Below are positions 41,355 to 50,681 of a stretch of DNA of 64,000 nucleotides, one piece after another. Under the pieces are notes generated by a model. It was not told the DNA's origin. It saw only the letters and a program-made list of their open reading frames with translations, and did not search any database. Positions within the stretch are counted from its first letter, which is position 1. Each line of letters opens with the position of its first letter. The DNA is from Thermoplasmata archaeon (lineage in GTDB: Archaea > Thermoplasmatota > E2 > DHVEG-1): positions 5,314 through 69,313 of the forward strand of contig JAHWGK010000009.1 of the NCBI GenBank assembly GCA_020054495.1, in the 5' to 3' direction. Both the position numbers and the translations under genes were made by a program.

Positions 41355-42222
41355 CATGAAAGCTACAGCGTTTGCACCAGGTCATATATCAGGTTTTTTT
41401 GAACCCATCTATAATCAAGATATGTCTCGTACTGGTTCTCGTGGTGCAGGAATTAATATCTCTTTGGGGGCATTATCAGAAGTTTTTGCTGAAAGTTCAC
41501 AGAATCAGGATTTTAAGATATATGTTAATAATATGAAGCACGATGACCCTGTAACTAAACTTGCATTAAAATATTTACTAGGTAAAAACCCAATTTGTGT
41601 TACTGTAAAAACTATTTTAGATTTACCTATAGGACAGGGCTTTGGTATGAGTGCAGCAAGTGCTATCAGTGCAACATATGCCCTTGCTAAGGTTATAGGT
41701 GTTTCAAAAAATGATGCTATGAAGGCATCTCATTTTGCTGAAGTTCAACTTAGAACGGGTTTAGGCGATGTTTTGGCTAGTTGCTTTGGTGGTATAGAAA
41801 TACGTAAAAGCGCAGGTCTTCCACCTTGGGGTATAATAGAACATATCCCAGGAAAATATGATTTGGTTTTATGCATAGTTGGTAAAAAACTTGATACTAA
41901 AACAATCTTATCTGACTCTGCAAAAACTAGTAAAATTATTGATTATGGGAAATATTGTACTAAGAAATTACTCGAACGTCCTTCAATTGAAAGTTTTTTT
42001 TCATTGTCTCAAACCTTTTCTAAAAAAACAGGTCTTGCAGACAAAAATGTACTTGAAGCAATTGATGCTGCAAATCAATATGGCATGGCAAGTATGTGTA
42101 TGCTTGGTAGCTCTGTATTTGCTATAGGTAAAACAGATGAAATCTGCAAGGTTCTCTCATCATTTGGCAAATTATATGTTTGCAGTGTTGATGAAAGTGG
42201 AGCACGGATTTTAGAGGGGTAG
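41347..42222 (+). CDS. Archaeal pantoate kinase (GHMP kinase family), likely start ATG 41356
   Basis: AFAPGHISGFFEP... and the GHMP motif LPIGQGFGMSAASAIS. Adjacent to coaBC. Confidence 0.7.
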   Translation: MNNMKATAFAPGHISGFFEPIYNQDMSRTGSRGAGINISLGALSEVFAESSQNQDFKIYVNNMKHDDPVTKLALKYLLGKNPICVTVKTILDLPIGQGFGMSAASAISATYALAKVIGVSKNDAMKASHFAEVQLRTGLGDVLASCFGGIEIRKSAGLPPWGIIEHIPGKYDLVLCIVGKKLDTKTILSDSAKTSKIIDYGKYCTKKLLERPSIESFFSLSQTFSKKTGLADKNVLEAIDAANQYGMASMCMLGSSVFAIGKTDEICKVLSSFGKLYVCSVDESGARILEG

Positions 42223-42238
42223 ATAATTATTTTATTGA

Positions 42239-43456
42239 TTACCTAAATGGATGAATACTCTGGTATCCTCTGATTTCAATGAAAATTGATTGGTTTACCC
42301 CTTTTATTGTAACATTACCCCTTGCTGAAACCATTATCGAATCTGTTGACCAGAAGATGGTAAGTATTTTTGAAAATGGAATTAATATTTCGCATGAGGA
42401 TAGTTCTGATGTCCCAGCTTTTACAAGTATTTCATCAATTTTATCAGTTTCACTAATTAAATGAAGTGTATCGTCAACAACTGTATATATGCTGAATATC
42501 ATATCTTTAAGTATTAGATCAACCTTATAACTGTTATCAATTTCTATCCCAACATAAAAAACAAATCCCTTTAAGGTAAATTTTTCATCTAGTCTTATTG
42601 ATAGAATTGTGGGTTTATCTTTGGATAGTATGATTTCTTCTAAATCGGGAACAATAATTTTAGTCTGAATATTAAATGATAGATTTTTTTCAAAACCAGC
42701 AATTTTTGCCCCAGCAACTCCACTCATGTTAATTACCAGTATTTCAGCGTTTAATGCTTCGAAAAGTATATTTCCAGAACTATTAATTTGCAGATAATCC
42801 TTGGCAGCTACTACTCCGCCTCCTATTACATCAACATTACCGATTTTTTTACCTTCCCCAGTTACTATGTCTACAGACACATCTCTAACAAATATGTCAA
42901 ATGAGTTGGGATTATATACATCTATCAATGCTGTGATGTTTATACCTTTGGCTGTTAATTCAGCAAAGTCGACTGTAATATCAACATTGGGTGCAGCAAG
43001 CTCATCTATTAAATTCTCTATAGAGGTTATTACTCCTATATTTAGTGGAATTGTTTTTTTTATGAACCAAAGGTTCGCACCTACTTCTCCGGTAATTTTA
43101 GTTGTAAGCAATTCAGGTCTGTGGCCATCAAATGAAATAATAACATCTTTTGTAAAAATCTTTTTTTCATGGGAGTTGATTGTCCCTCCTTCAATTAATG
43201 CACGAGTTACCACGTATCCATTGGGGGTAGTTGTCACTATTTCAAGATTTTTCGCTACGATTTCAAAATCATTTGGATTATTAATTTCGATAATCGTATG
43301 TAAAATTGCTTCTTCAGAGGTTACTTCAACAACCTCGATTTCGATGACCACTTCAGGAGTTTGCATTATCTGAATGTCAAAAAAAATGAATGCAGCTGTA
43401 ATTATGTTAATGATGGTAACCACTGCAAGTAATAAAATGATTATTTTTTTTCTCAT
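42239..43456 (-). CDS. Membrane-anchored LEA-2 / WHy-repeat protein
   Basis: N-terminal TM KKIIILLLAVVTIINIITAAFIFF. Repeated units of the type IEINNPNDFEIVAKNLEI / IDVYNPNSFDIFVRDVSVDI. Confidence 0.55.
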   Translation of the reverse strand: MRKKIIILLLAVVTIINIITAAFIFFDIQIMQTPEVVIEIEVVEVTSEEAILHTIIEINNPNDFEIVAKNLEIVTTTPNGYVVTRALIEGGTINSHEKKIFTKDVIISFDGHRPELLTTKITGEVGANLWFIKKTIPLNIGVITSIENLIDELAAPNVDITVDFAELTAKGINITALIDVYNPNSFDIFVRDVSVDIVTGEGKKIGNVDVIGGGVVAAKDYLQINSSGNILFEALNAEILVINMSGVAGAKIAGFEKNLSFNIQTKIIVPDLEEIILSKDKPTILSIRLDEKFTLKGFVFYVGIEIDNSYKVDLILKDMIFSIYTVVDDTLHLISETDKIDEILVKAGTSELSSCEILIPFSKILTIFWSTDSIMVSARGNVTIKGVNQSIFIEIRGYQSIHPFR

Positions 43457-43579
43457 AGGTCTCCAAGAGTTTAATTATTTATTGTTTTTTATATAAAACT
43501 CCATCTTAGGATATAAAGATTTCCATTAAAAATCAATTCGACAATTTTTATTATCTTTTAAGTATTCTATACCTAAAGT

Positions 43580-44161
43580 CTATATTTTATCAGTTTTACT
43601 AGTAGCAAGATCTATAAGATGTTTCTCTCCATCTTCTGGTCCTTTTGCAAAGAGAACATCCCCCGGGTCAATCTTAGTATTTTTATTAGGGCCATAGCGC
43701 CATTTATCACCATGCCTCATCGCAATAACCATCATTCCTGTTTCACTTGCAAGCTTTAATTCACCTAATGTTTTGTTACATAGTACCGAATTGTCTTTAA
43801 CCTGGACTCTAGTAAAAACTACATCAGATTCACGAATACTCATCTTTAAAATAGGATGCAATTCTACATCCCTTAATTCAACATCAGTTATCTCCTGCGC
43901 TGCATCAGCGATCTGCTCAGCTGCCTCAGCAAGTCTTAGAACAGTTAATGCGTCATTAACACTGAGCTTCTTATTTTTAACCTGTTCAAGTGTGTATCTC
44001 TGAAGACTTTTATAAAGACCATCAATCTGATCCTCAAGGTCATATACCTCTTTTGCAATGGTTTTATTATCATACAAAAGTGACGAATATGCAAGATCTA
44101 TCATAAGTTCGGATTTATCTTTAATCTCTAGAACAATGTCTTTAACAGTTTTTTTCTTCAT
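43580..44161 (-). CDS. PhoU-like + TrkA-C domain regulatory protein
   Basis: IKDKSELMIDLAYSSLLYDNKTIAKEVYDLEDQIDGLY (PhoU-like), then a TrkA-C-like C-terminus (LGELKLASETGMMVIAMRHGDKW...GDVLFAKG). Confidence 0.65.
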   Translation of the reverse strand: MKKKTVKDIVLEIKDKSELMIDLAYSSLLYDNKTIAKEVYDLEDQIDGLYKSLQRYTLEQVKNKKLSVNDALTVLRLAEAAEQIADAAQEITDVELRDVELHPILKMSIRESDVVFTRVQVKDNSVLCNKTLGELKLASETGMMVIAMRHGDKWRYGPNKNTKIDPGDVLFAKGPEDGEKHLIDLATSKTDKI

Positions 44162-44820
44162 TCCAACACCTTTAGCTTACCAAGTAAGAATTTATTTAAC
44201 TCTGAATATCCTTCATCGGTTCCACGAGCAATGAGCCAGTCATCTGCCTGAAGCGTAGCGTCTGATCGTGGATTGTAGATCCAACAATCCCCCCGTCGTA
44301 TACCAATAATTCTCATACCTGTCTCAGATTCAACCTTTAAATCTCCGATTTTTTGATTACATGCTTTTGAAGCTGAAGAAACTTTAATCCTAAATAGTTG
44401 TTCATCTGCTTGTTTTAGAATCTTTGGCAAAATTGGCCCTGTTTTTCCCTTCGAAAGTAGATGGACAATATCCCCTGCAGCATTTGATATACTTTCGGCT
44501 GCTTCAGCGACTTGAAGTATTCCAGCAAGCTGCTCAGCATCTTCCTTAGTTCGAGCAGCCATCATTGCCATCATACGAATATCATAATTCAGCTTATCCA
44601 TTCGTACATCAAGATACTTTACTTCCTCAGCTATCTCCTCATTATCAAAGAGAACAGCGGAATAAGCAAGGTCTATGATAAGTTCTGAAATGTCCTTCAT
44701 CTCTGTCAGCAACTCTTTAACAGTAGTAGGTTCATATTCGAGCTCACTGAATTCCTCTTTTTTCCATTTTGGCGTTCTCTGCAGTCGTCCAAATATTCTT
44801 TTTTTCTTTTTTTCTTTCAT
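44158..44820 (-). CDS. PhoU-like + TrkA-C domain regulatory protein, paralog
   Basis: Same layout: MKDISELIIDLAYSAVLFDNEEIAEEV...; IGDLKVESETGMRIIGIRRGDCW...DDWLIARG. Confidence 0.65.
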   Translation of the reverse strand: MKEKKKKRIFGRLQRTPKWKKEEFSELEYEPTTVKELLTEMKDISELIIDLAYSAVLFDNEEIAEEVKYLDVRMDKLNYDIRMMAMMAARTKEDAEQLAGILQVAEAAESISNAAGDIVHLLSKGKTGPILPKILKQADEQLFRIKVSSASKACNQKIGDLKVESETGMRIIGIRRGDCWIYNPRSDATLQADDWLIARGTDEGYSELNKFLLGKLKVLE

Positions 44821-45380
44821 ATTCCAACTCCAAATAATCCAAGTATTGAAAATAAAAATACTATGCCCATTACATCTCCAACAGTTGTGACAACAGGTGC
44901 AACCATGTCATCAGGATCCAATCCTCTTTTAAATGATAAAAAAGCAGTAATCACACTTGCCAATGCAACCACACAACTAAGTAAGAACCCCGTGGATAAC
45001 AGTATAGCTACGAACTCTATCAAGCCCATATCCTCTATTAGATTACTAAATAACGCTATGTAATAAATAACTATCGCAAGAATTGTATAAGTTATAATAC
45101 CTATCAATATAGAAGTGATCAAGTTATCATGCATCTCTTTATCTTTTATGCTAAGGCTTATGTATCCAACATGAAGACCAGATGCTAAACGTGCACCAAG
45201 AACACTCCCTATATTCCCACTAACGCTATTAACAACAGGTATAGAAATAAGAAATATTGGAAATAATATCAGAGCTTCTTGTTTGCCCTGAAGTATTTGA
45301 CCAGCAAAAATCTCAATAATAATAGTAACAGTTAGCAGAGGTAAACCATGCTTAACTATTTTTTTCCAACTATATATCAC
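44817..45380 (-). CDS. MgtE-like divalent cation transporter membrane domain, half 2 (start moved to GTG 45380, giving a GTGA overlap with the upstream stop)
   Basis: GNIGSVLGARLASGLHVG and PDDMVAPVVTTVGDVMG, typical of the MgtE/SLC41 TM domain. Confidence 0.7.
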   Translation of the reverse strand: MIYSWKKIVKHGLPLLTVTIIIEIFAGQILQGKQEALILFPIFLISIPVVNSVSGNIGSVLGARLASGLHVGYISLSIKDKEMHDNLITSILIGIITYTILAIVIYYIALFSNLIEDMGLIEFVAILLSTGFLLSCVVALASVITAFLSFKRGLDPDDMVAPVVTTVGDVMGIVFLFSILGLFGVGI

Positions 45381-45931
45381 AGCATCATCTCCACTAGAAT
45401 CGCACTGCCAAAAATACAAAGCATTGATACAATATCTCCAAAAGTAGCAAGAGCAGGACCCGTAATATTATCCGGATTATAACCACGTTTGAAAACAAGG
45501 TAAATAATTCCAATAGTCATCATAGTAAGAATTACTGCAGAAATAATGCCTGCAAGTAATACAATCGAAATAAGTTTTATAGGATTGGGATAAACATGGA
45601 AAAGTAGAGATGTAACATAAGAAAGAGCCCCTATAATAATTGCAATAAAAAAACTCAAAACAAGTGATCCTATGATATTTTGTTTAAGTTCTTCGTTCCA
45701 CAGATTATCTGCATCAATAATACCAAGATGATAGGCTGATCCTAAACGTGAACCAAAAGCAGTGCTAATATTCCCTCGCATAGCAATAATCGCAGGAATA
45801 ACAACAATAAGACCGGGAATCTCTTTAAATAAATCTGCCATCACACCAAGAGTGCTACCTGCAACTATGGCACCCAAACCGCAAAATATGATTAGGGGGA
45901 GGCTCTGCTTCACCATTTCCTTTGCATACAT
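45377..45931 (-). CDS. MgtE-like divalent cation transporter membrane domain, half 1
   Basis: GNISTAFGSRLGSAYHLG and PDNITGPALATFGDIVS. Confidence 0.7.
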   Translation of the reverse strand: MYAKEMVKQSLPLIIFCGLGAIVAGSTLGVMADLFKEIPGLIVVIPAIIAMRGNISTAFGSRLGSAYHLGIIDADNLWNEELKQNIIGSLVLSFFIAIIIGALSYVTSLLFHVYPNPIKLISIVLLAGIISAVILTMMTIGIIYLVFKRGYNPDNITGPALATFGDIVSMLCIFGSAILVEMML

Positions 45932-45967
45932 CTATTGCAGCCTCCATTTTATAATCACACTCTTGCT

Positions 45968-46873
45968 TTACAGATAACATGATCTGTATCTTTCCCACAT
46001 CTGATATATATGATCCTCTATCTCTTTAATCCTTTTAACATCTTTTTCTGGTTTAAAAAGATGTCCAAATCTACCTTGATATTTGATCCACTCTTCAACG
46101 GGTTTACGCTTTATTTTACCTTCAAGTATAAGTTTACTTTTACCGTTGAAACTCATTTTATCATTTTCATATTCATAAAGTGCCCATGCACCTGTTTCAA
46201 CTGCAAGTGTTCCCATTTCAACGGTTTTCTCCATGCCAAAACGCCAACCAGGTGGACATGGTGCCAGTATCTCGATATACTTAGGTCCTTTCATGCTTTT
46301 AGCTTTCTTTACCTTTTTATATAGGTCTTCTGGGTAGGCAACACATGCTTGGGCAACATATGGAATATGGTGAGCCTGGATTATTTCTCCCATTTCTTTT
46401 CTAAACTCTGTTTTCCCACCTACGGTAGTTGTCGTCCAAGCAGCATATGGTGTTGCACCGCTGCGTTGAATTCCTGTATTAGAATATATTTGATTATTAT
46501 AACATATATAGATGAAATTTGTATTTCGTTCAAGTGCACCTGATAACGCTTGAATACCTATATCATAAGTACCACCGTCACCAGCCCATGCAACAACAGT
46601 GGTATCACCTTTGCCTTGTTGTCTTAATGCTGCTTCTACGCCACTTGCACCAGCCGCAGCTGCTTCGAATGCTATGTTCATCACAGGAATATCAAATGAG
46701 GTGTTAGGATACAAACTTTCAATAACAGCAGTACAACATGCTGGGACAACCATAATTGAGTTTTTACCAAGTGCTTTAAAAACAAGACGTAGACCTAACG
46801 TAGCAGGACATCCTGGGCATGCAGCACTTCCAGGGATAACACATTCAGTGTCCGGTAAATCTTTAATTGCCAA
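45968..46873 (-). CDS. porB: 2-oxoacid (pyruvate-type):ferredoxin oxidoreductase beta subunit (TPP-binding)
   Basis: CPGCPATLGLRL..., GDGGTYDIGIQALSGA. Last gene of the gamma-delta-alpha-beta order. POR versus VOR cannot be distinguished by eye. Confidence 0.8.
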   Translation of the reverse strand: MAIKDLPDTECVIPGSAACPGCPATLGLRLVFKALGKNSIMVVPACCTAVIESLYPNTSFDIPVMNIAFEAAAAGASGVEAALRQQGKGDTTVVAWAGDGGTYDIGIQALSGALERNTNFIYICYNNQIYSNTGIQRSGATPYAAWTTTTVGGKTEFRKEMGEIIQAHHIPYVAQACVAYPEDLYKKVKKAKSMKGPKYIEILAPCPPGWRFGMEKTVEMGTLAVETGAWALYEYENDKMSFNGKSKLILEGKIKRKPVEEWIKYQGRFGHLFKPEKDVKRIKEIEDHIYQMWERYRSCYL

Positions 46874-46877
46874 CTTT

Positions 46878-48035
46878 TTATACCCCCTCTAAATTATACC
46901 ATTCACAATCTTTTGCTTTACCATTTATAGATTTCTTACAAATTTTTTCTATATCAGTATATGGTACATCTTTTCCACCAAGACCCGCGATAAAACCATA
47001 GACTTTAGCATCAGATTTATCATATAATGCAGCTTTAACTTCGCTAAATAGTGCCCCTTCAGATCCAACAGAAATATTACGATCGATGACAATTAAATCT
47101 GCTTGTTTACCAAGTTTTAGTATTTCTTCTTTTGGGAACGGTCGGAATGTTCGAACACGTGCAAGTCCAACTTTCAAACCCTCTTTTCTGAGATTATCAA
47201 TTGCTACTTTGCTTTCTGCACCAATTGCACCCATAGCAAGAAGAATATATTCTGCACCATCACATCTGTATTTCTCTATTAAATCACCATGGTATCTTCC
47301 AAATATTTTTTTCCATTCTTTTGCTATCTCCGGTATTAATTTCTTAGCATTTTCTGAAGAGTTCTGCATGTCTTTCCTAATTTTTTCATAATCTGCGGGT
47401 AGGATAATATTTCCAAAAGTTATTGGGTTGTCAACGTCTAGTTTCCATCTTGGTTTATACTTTGATAGAAAATCATCTATTTCTTTTTGCTTTGGTATCT
47501 CAACAGGCATGGATGTATGTGACAGAATAAAAGCATTATAATTAATCATCACTGGAAGCAATACTTTTTCATTTTCTGCTAACTTGAATGCTTGAATGAC
47601 GGTATCAAAAATCTCTTGGTTGCTACTGCAATAAAACTGGATCCAGCCTGTGTCACGTTGGGAGATAGAATCATTTTCATCTGGCCATATATTCCAACCT
47701 GGGCCAACAGTTCGATTAATGTTACACATAACAATTGGAAGCCGTGCGAGTGCTGCCCAATGAAGCATCTCATGCATCAAAAGCAAACCATGACTGGAGG
47801 TTCCAGTAAATGTTCTCACGCCAGCAGCACTAGCCCCAATACATGCACACATAGCAGAATGCTCACTTTCTACACATATATACTCCCCTTTGAACTCACC
47901 AGTTTTCACATAGTTAGCAATGCCTTCCACGAGCGTAGTCTGAGGCGTAATTGGATAAGCCGGGACAACGGCTGGACGTGCCATAACTGCAGCTTTTGCA
48001 GCTATATAATTCCCGGTATCAATCATTATCGTCAT
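46878..48035 (-). CDS. porA: 2-oxoacid:ferredoxin oxidoreductase alpha subunit
   Basis: GNYIAAKAAVMARPAVVPAYPITPQT...ESEHSAM... 4-nt overlaps with both neighbouring genes. Confidence 0.8.
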   Translation of the reverse strand: MTIMIDTGNYIAAKAAVMARPAVVPAYPITPQTTLVEGIANYVKTGEFKGEYICVESEHSAMCACIGASAAGVRTFTGTSSHGLLLMHEMLHWAALARLPIVMCNINRTVGPGWNIWPDENDSISQRDTGWIQFYCSSNQEIFDTVIQAFKLAENEKVLLPVMINYNAFILSHTSMPVEIPKQKEIDDFLSKYKPRWKLDVDNPITFGNIILPADYEKIRKDMQNSSENAKKLIPEIAKEWKKIFGRYHGDLIEKYRCDGAEYILLAMGAIGAESKVAIDNLRKEGLKVGLARVRTFRPFPKEEILKLGKQADLIVIDRNISVGSEGALFSEVKAALYDKSDAKVYGFIAGLGGKDVPYTDIEKICKKSINGKAKDCEWYNLEGV

Positions 48036-48304
48036 TTCTTCTTTGCCTCCCGCTCCATAGTAATCGCTTTGACTTTACATACATTGGCACAAATGCCACA
48101 GCCTTTACAGTAATCATAGTCAATACTGACTGTGTCATCTTTATTCCTAGTAACAGTACCCTCAGGACAGTAAATCCAACATCTGAGACATTTTACACAT
48201 TTTGCTTTGTCAAGTATTGGTTTAAAAACTCTCCAAGTACCAGTCTTACCCATTGCACCTTTTTTAGGATAGGAAATTGTTGTAACAACATTGTACTTTT
48301 TCAA
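48032..48304 (-). CDS. porD: 2-oxoacid:ferredoxin oxidoreductase delta subunit (2x[4Fe-4S] ferredoxin)
   Basis: CVKCLRCWIYCP and CKGCGICANVC. Confidence 0.8.
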   Translation of the reverse strand: MKKYNVVTTISYPKKGAMGKTGTWRVFKPILDKAKCVKCLRCWIYCPEGTVTRNKDDTVSIDYDYCKGCGICANVCKVKAITMEREAKKK

Positions 48305-48876
48305 AAGTTCACCTCCACTTCTTCATAAGCATCTTGTGCGGCTTTCACGTTTATTTCACCGCCTTCTCCTTTCCACTTGTTTTTTATAACTGTTTGGATT
48401 GATTTCAAGGTTACGCGATTTAAAATCTTTGGAACTGCGCCAAGAATGGGAGTGTTTACAACGGGAATCCCACCAACGAGAATATCATGTTTTAATGCTA
48501 TTCCTGTTGCATCAACTGTTGCAACATTATATTTTTTAGAGAAATCAAAATCTTCTGGTTTTTTAGTAGTATTAATAAGAATTGTTCCGTCTTTTCTTAA
48601 ACCCTTGAGAACATCTACTATTCCCATGATGCTTTCATCAAGTACGATGACTATATCTGGTGTGTAGATTTCACTTCTGAGATGTATCTCATCTCCAGAT
48701 ATTCGAGCAAATGCTCGTACTGGTGCACCACGTCTCTCTGCTCCAAAAAACGGAAACGCTTGAACACCCTTGTTACCATCCTTTAAAGCTGCTGTTACAA
48801 ACAAGTTTGCTGCGGTGACAGAACCCTGCCCGCCACGTCCATGAAAAACTATTTCAACTAATTCTTGCGATGACAC
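48301..48876 (-). CDS. porG: 2-oxoacid:ferredoxin oxidoreductase gamma subunit
   Basis: VEIVFHGRGGQGSVTAANLF...FGAERRGAPV. Confidence 0.8.
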   Translation of the reverse strand: MSSQELVEIVFHGRGGQGSVTAANLFVTAALKDGNKGVQAFPFFGAERRGAPVRAFARISGDEIHLRSEIYTPDIVIVLDESIMGIVDVLKGLRKDGTILINTTKKPEDFDFSKKYNVATVDATGIALKHDILVGGIPVVNTPILGAVPKILNRVTLKSIQTVIKNKWKGEGGEINVKAAQDAYEEVEVNF

Positions 48877-48946
48877 GATAATACCTTCCCGAATCTCGGA
48901 ATGAAAATGTTACATATAACTGTTTTGAATATCTAAAAACAAATGT

Positions 48947-49243
48947 TTATTGGATAGATTTTACTTTAGACCCTATTGTTACATTTTTATCTCGCCTATC
49001 GTCTATCTTTAGTTCTGTAATTACTCTTTGTGCACCAGATTCTATCACTGCTTTATGAGCTTCTCCCACTACTTTAAACAATGTTTCAATGTCCTTTGTC
49101 TCAATGACTGTTGCCATATCATTTGTTTCAAATTTGATGTCGTTTTCCTTAAGGACGTTAATAACTTTTTTGACATATCTACTTAGGCTTACATTTTTTC
49201 CAACAGGTGCTATGCTAAGCTGTGAAATAATCATTTCAACCAC
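48947..49243 (-). CDS. MTH1187/YkoF-like (UPF0045) small protein
   Basis: 98 aa; IISQLSIAPVGKNVSLSRYVKKVINVL...ATVIE... Confidence 0.6.
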   Translation of the reverse strand: MVEMIISQLSIAPVGKNVSLSRYVKKVINVLKENDIKFETNDMATVIETKDIETLFKVVGEAHKAVIESGAQRVITELKIDDRRDKNVTIGSKVKSIQ

Positions 49244-49406
49244 TATGTCATCAACATATAACTAGGTTAATTAATTTTTTGCAAATCTGAAAAAAGTAAT
49301 GACTGGCGGACACTGTTAACATAATATAAACCAAACATTATTTATAACGTTGCTTTATTTGCCATTCACAACTTTAAATCTTATAATCCTGAGGGAGGAA
49401 TAATTT

Positions 49407-50681
49407 GTGTCTATGAATATGCGAAACAAACTAGCTATAGAAAGTAAAAGATTAGATGAGATAAATACATTTTTGATGGATCCAGATAACAAATTAGTCA
49501 GCGATCTTTTAGATGTAGTTGAAAAATATGGTGGGTCTGAAGAGATAAATAGAAAGGCCAGAGAAGCAGGTAAAGTGGAAAACTTAATGGCAAGATTAAG
49601 GAAGAAAAATTCTCCATATTTGAAAGATTTGGAATGGCTTATAGAACAAAGAGACAAAGGAGCTTTTATTACCGTTGGTGAATACCGTAAGAACATTCTA
49701 GGTGACAAAGTTAAAGAAATGAAATTCAACGAGGATTTTGCAGTAACATTGGAGATAAGCGCCTGTCAGTATTTTCTGTTCTTTATGATTCAAGCACGTC
49801 AAGCAGTGGAAAAAGGCGAACTAATGCCAAGTCGTTTTATAAGAGTAAGGCATATGAAAGAACAAGAAGAAGACAATGATTTACTGGCGATGACTGCTGC
49901 CATGCAAATCCTGGGAGCAAGTTGGTGTGAAACACTTGATACAAAAGGAACTGATGGTTCCAACATTCATCTAGGAGGCCCTGAAACGATAACAGGTTAT
50001 TTTGGAGGCATAGGTCAACCAAATGATCATCCGATGAAATGGGTAGATGAGTTTCTTTATTATTATACTACTTATGGGGTAAAACAGGTTCTTAATATTA
50101 ACCCGGGGACTATACTCCTTGGGTACATGATGCATAAGATTGGGATAGACATTGAATTCAAGATTTCTGTTTATATGGGAAATGACAATCCATATGCTGT
50201 ATTTTGGACGCTTATGGCCGCACGATTATTTTCAAGAGATGATGGTTCCACTTCACTTATTGGGTTCAACTTTTCCAATTCAGTGAACAATACTACAATA
50301 GAGTTCAGCGGTGATATAAGAAAATCTCTTGGTTTAGAAGATTTTGTCAGATTTGAGCATCATATATTTGAGACTTGGAAGAGCATTGTAATCCAGCCAT
50401 ATGATAGAAGGGATGAACTTTTAGAAGTTGCTTCAAAGGTTAAAAATATTAGTGCCAAACATGAAGGTGGAGAAATTGCAGTAGAGCAGAAAAGAAAACA
50501 TCCTTCGGATATCGCTGAATATTTTTTACCTAAGATAGATATAACTGAGAAAGGGCTTATGCCTGCTCTAACTCAGAATTATATGGACAAGCATGAGACT
50601 ATAAATAATACTGCTCGTGCTCTTACTGAGAAGGGGCTTACGTTTATTGCTGCACCTAATTTGCATCATAGGGATGAATGA
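49407..50681 (+). CDS. Conserved-looking protein of unknown function (424 aa), translationally coupled to hom
   Basis: GTG start 8 nt after GGAGG. ATGA stop/start overlap with homoserine dehydrogenase. I recognise no motif. Confidence 0.6.
   Translation: MSMNMRNKLAIESKRLDEINTFLMDPDNKLVSDLLDVVEKYGGSEEINRKAREAGKVENLMARLRKKNSPYLKDLEWLIEQRDKGAFITVGEYRKNILGDKVKEMKFNEDFAVTLEISACQYFLFFMIQARQAVEKGELMPSRFIRVRHMKEQEEDNDLLAMTAAMQILGASWCETLDTKGTDGSNIHLGGPETITGYFGGIGQPNDHPMKWVDEFLYYYTTYGVKQVLNINPGTILLGYMMHKIGIDIEFKISVYMGNDNPYAVFWTLMAARLFSRDDGSTSLIGFNFSNSVNNTTIEFSGDIRKSLGLEDFVRFEHHIFETWKSIVIQPYDRRDELLEVASKVKNISAKHEGGEIAVEQKRKHPSDIAEYFLPKIDITEKGLMPALTQNYMDKHETINNTARALTEKGLTFIAAPNLHHRDE

Noticed and set aside
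42801-43373. 190-aa plus-strand ORF inside the LEA-2 gene
   Set aside because: It is antisense to a gene with a clear TM anchor and repeat structure, and its sequence is low-complexity S/T/I.
45381-45419. 43-nt overlap between the two MgtE-like half genes implied by the longest ORF (TTG 45419)
   Set aside because: An in-frame GTG at 45380 forms a GTGA stop/start overlap with the upstream gene and removes an implausible MYFWQCDSSGDDA extension.
47592-48113. 173-aa plus-strand ORF across porA/porD
   Set aside because: It is antisense to strongly recognisable oxidoreductase subunits.
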